The position numbers were made by a program, and so were the translations under genes. The notes below the pieces were generated by a model. It ran no database searches. It was not told where the DNA came from and worked only from the letters and a program-made list of their open reading frames with translations. A stretch of DNA of 64,000 bases. Origin: a virus. Shown one piece after another: positions 61,950 through 64,000 of the stretch. Each line of letters opens with the position of its first letter. Within the stretch, counting starts at the first letter, position 1. The DNA lies in IMG/VR virus record IMGVR_UViG_3300033153_007754, positions 89,501 to 153,500 of that record. One strand, given 5' to 3'.

Positions 61950-62618
61950 ATGGAAAAATTAAAAAAAGAATTAATAAAAAAACTAAAAAGAAATAAATTT
62001 AAAATATCAATAATTGAAAATATAAATTTTGGAATACAAATTAAAGCATTATATAAAAATAAAAAATATACATTTAGAATATTTAAATCTAAAAAAAAAG
62101 GAATACATATTGATTATTCATTAATAAATGATAAAAAAATAATTAATATGTTTAAAAATAACAAGAAAATGGAACTTAAAAATATTATTAATAATACTAC
62201 TTATAAGTATGATAAAAATGAAATTGGATTTGGATTTTATGAAAATAAATCTAAAAGTATGTTAATATTATCTTCTGTTTATTTACATAATAAAGATATT
62301 TTAGAAAAAATTGATTTGAATGGAATTAGTAAAACATATGATAATAGATTATTAATGAGTTTTTATATTTATATAATAACAAATACTCAATATAAATTAA
62401 ATATTTTTGAAAGTAAAAGATTAGAAAAATTAAGAGATAGATTTGATAATAAAATTGATTTTAATAACTTTTATATTCAGGAAATAGTTAAAAGACAAGA
62501 TTACACATTTAATAAAAATAATATAAACACTGATGAATTTATTATATCTGAAACAGGTTTACATACTAAAATTTCAAAGATATTTTCAAAGACTGTTTAT
62601 AAATTATATAGATATTAA
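61950..62618 (+). CDS. Degenerate RNase HIII-like protein (catalytic motif lost)
   Basis: ENINFGIQ...FRIFKSKKKGIHIDYS N-domain; EIGFGFYE where IGxDE is expected; LILSSVYL. Confidence 0.4.
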   Translation: MEKLKKELIKKLKRNKFKISIIENINFGIQIKALYKNKKYTFRIFKSKKKGIHIDYSLINDKKIINMFKNNKKMELKNIINNTTYKYDKNEIGFGFYENKSKSMLILSSVYLHNKDILEKIDLNGISKTYDNRLLMSFYIYIITNTQYKLNIFESKRLEKLRDRFDNKIDFNNFYIQEIVKRQDYTFNKNNINTDEFIISETGLHTKISKIFSKTVYKLYRY

Positions 62619-62625
62619 AAATCAA

Positions 62626-62690
62626 TTGACAAACTCTTTAAAATCCATATAATTTAAATGATGGGTAATTAAACCTATATTAATGGAGGA
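62626..62690 (+). promoter_or_regulatory. PeSL-like cassette 6
   Basis: TTGACA-16 nt-TATAAT, ATGGGT-AATTAA-ACCTAT, GGAGG. Confidence 0.7.
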
Positions 62691-62694
62691 TTAT

Positions 62695-63336
62695 ATGAGT
62701 GATATGATAATAGAAAAAAAAATAAATACAATTGATGAACTACAAAAATTTATAGAATCAATTATGAAATATAAAGTAATTAATTTTAATGATGGATTTA
62801 CAACTGTTGTAGTACATGGTGGTAATCCATTGGGTCCATATGCTTTCCAAAATGATTACATAATATTGTATTTAAAAAATGCTGATTATATAATTATGCA
62901 TATAAAAACTGAATTATTTGATAATAAAAACTTAACATTAAACCTAAATACTTCAAATTCTGATTGTAAAATGACATTCACTACTTCCACTAAATTTATT
63001 AATAATAGAAAAATATTAGAAAAAATGAAAAGAATTGAAAATGATGTACTGATAAATATTGCTAATTCTATAACAAAAGATTTTATGGATGGTGAAACAG
63101 CAAGCATACCAACTAATAGTCGATATATGGTACATGAAGCAATTAGCAATGAATTTAATACAGATTTTATTGCTAATGAAATTACTGATGTGTATTTTTG
63201 TTATAAAAATCATATGCCTAAATTCTTACAACCTGATGACATTTTAAAATATCTAAATTCGTTATATAAAGATGTTACTGTTAATTACCACACTGATTAT
63301 AGTAAAATGGAAAGAATATTTTATTTTGAGAAATAA
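62695..63336 (+). CDS. Early hypothetical protein
   Basis: Start reassigned to the ATG after GGAGG. Confidence 0.6.
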   Translation: MSDMIIEKKINTIDELQKFIESIMKYKVINFNDGFTTVVVHGGNPLGPYAFQNDYIILYLKNADYIIMHIKTELFDNKNLTLNLNTSNSDCKMTFTTSTKFINNRKILEKMKRIENDVLINIANSITKDFMDGETASIPTNSRYMVHEAISNEFNTDFIANEITDVYFCYKNHMPKFLQPDDILKYLNSLYKDVTVNYHTDYSKMERIFYFEK

Positions 63337-63339
63337 ACC

Positions 63340-63408
63340 TTGACAAATCCAAAAAAAACCAATATACTGTAGATAGATGATAATTAAGCCATCGTTTACA
63401 TGAGGTTC
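63340..63408 (+). promoter_or_regulatory. PeSL-like cassette 7
   Basis: TTGACA-17 nt-TATACT, ATGAT-AATTAA-GCCAT, GAGGT. Confidence 0.8.
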
Positions 63409-63410
63409 AA

Positions 63411-63818
63411 ATGACTACTAATAAATATATCTCAAATGAAATAGTGAAATACTGGGATGAAACATATGAATCTTTTAATGGTATGGAAGTTATCGCACCA
63501 ACAACATATAGGTCGGAACTTAAAACTACAATTTGGGATTTTTTTAATAATTTATCATCAACTGATGGTATGGAACAAATGCATATTGACATTTTATTAA
63601 AAAATGGTAATTATTTAAGTTTTTATTTTGATGACATTTCAGATGTTGTTGATAATGATAATTATTCAATAACTTTTCATCATGATGGTGAAACATATAA
63701 TACAACTAAATTATCAACACAAGCTGTATTATGTGCTGATGTTTATGGTTTATTATTGAAAAGAAGTTTATTCACCAAAAAAGAAATAGATTCATTAAAA
63801 AAAAGATACCAACATTAA
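63411..63818 (+). CDS. Early hypothetical protein
   Basis: 135 aa, downstream of cassette 7. Confidence 0.6.
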   Translation: MTTNKYISNEIVKYWDETYESFNGMEVIAPTTYRSELKTTIWDFFNNLSSTDGMEQMHIDILLKNGNYLSFYFDDISDVVDNDNYSITFHHDGETYNTTKLSTQAVLCADVYGLLLKRSLFTKKEIDSLKKRYQH

Positions 63819-63839
63819 AAAAATCCGTAGGGGAATCAA

Positions 63840-64000
63840 GTGGGTAATTTTTATAGAAATACAGACGGAAAGGACTTTGTAATCAGAGACGGAAAGGTTT
63901 ATATTTCACCTAAAAAATTCAATTCTAATATAGATTCCACTGCTACAAGTGGAATTAAATCATTTTGGTTCAATGAGCCAATGTTATTATCACCTTTTAG
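63840..64000 (+). CDS. Partial ORF running off the window
   Basis: AGGGG RBS, GTG start, open to the end of the window. Confidence 0.4.
   Translation, partial: MGNFYRNTDGKDFVIRDGKVYISPKKFNSNIDSTATSGIKSFWFNEPMLLSPF

Noticed and set aside
1-64000. Stop-codon reassignment
   Set aside because: Core genes are full length in the standard code, and TAA, TAG and TGA all terminate genes.

Overview
AT-rich segment of a large T4-like myophage genome in the standard genetic code. The host cannot be determined from this window. Core genes are present but scattered: class II ribonucleotide reductase (partial, with a mini-intein), baseplate spike, terminase large subunit, portal, neck proteins gp13 and gp14, RuvC-like resolvase, Rnl2 RNA ligase, gp41 helicase, major capsid, tail sheath and tube, and gp48. 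Long minus-strand runs of small accessory genes lie between them. The standout is a compact, translationally coupled, array-less type IV-B-like Cas operon at 38590-42466 (cas6, csf1, csf2, cysH-like, csf3). It departs from canonical IV-B in carrying a Cas6 and in having a Cas11-like helical domain inserted inside Cas7. Other notable elements: a lone Csx20-family (ring-nuclease-like) gene in a promoter/stem-loop cassette; seven such cassettes with a covarying AATTAA-loop hairpin; a candidate anti-Shine-Dalgarno sRNA; and a strand-switch region at about 60.5-62.6 kb. That region combines 15-bp iteron-like repeats (also found upstream of an HTH initiator-like gene at 6.2 kb), a roughly 560-nt highly structured non-coding stretch, an AT-rich tract and a degenerate RNase HIII-like gene. 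All family assignments come from motifs recognised by eye; no searches were run.
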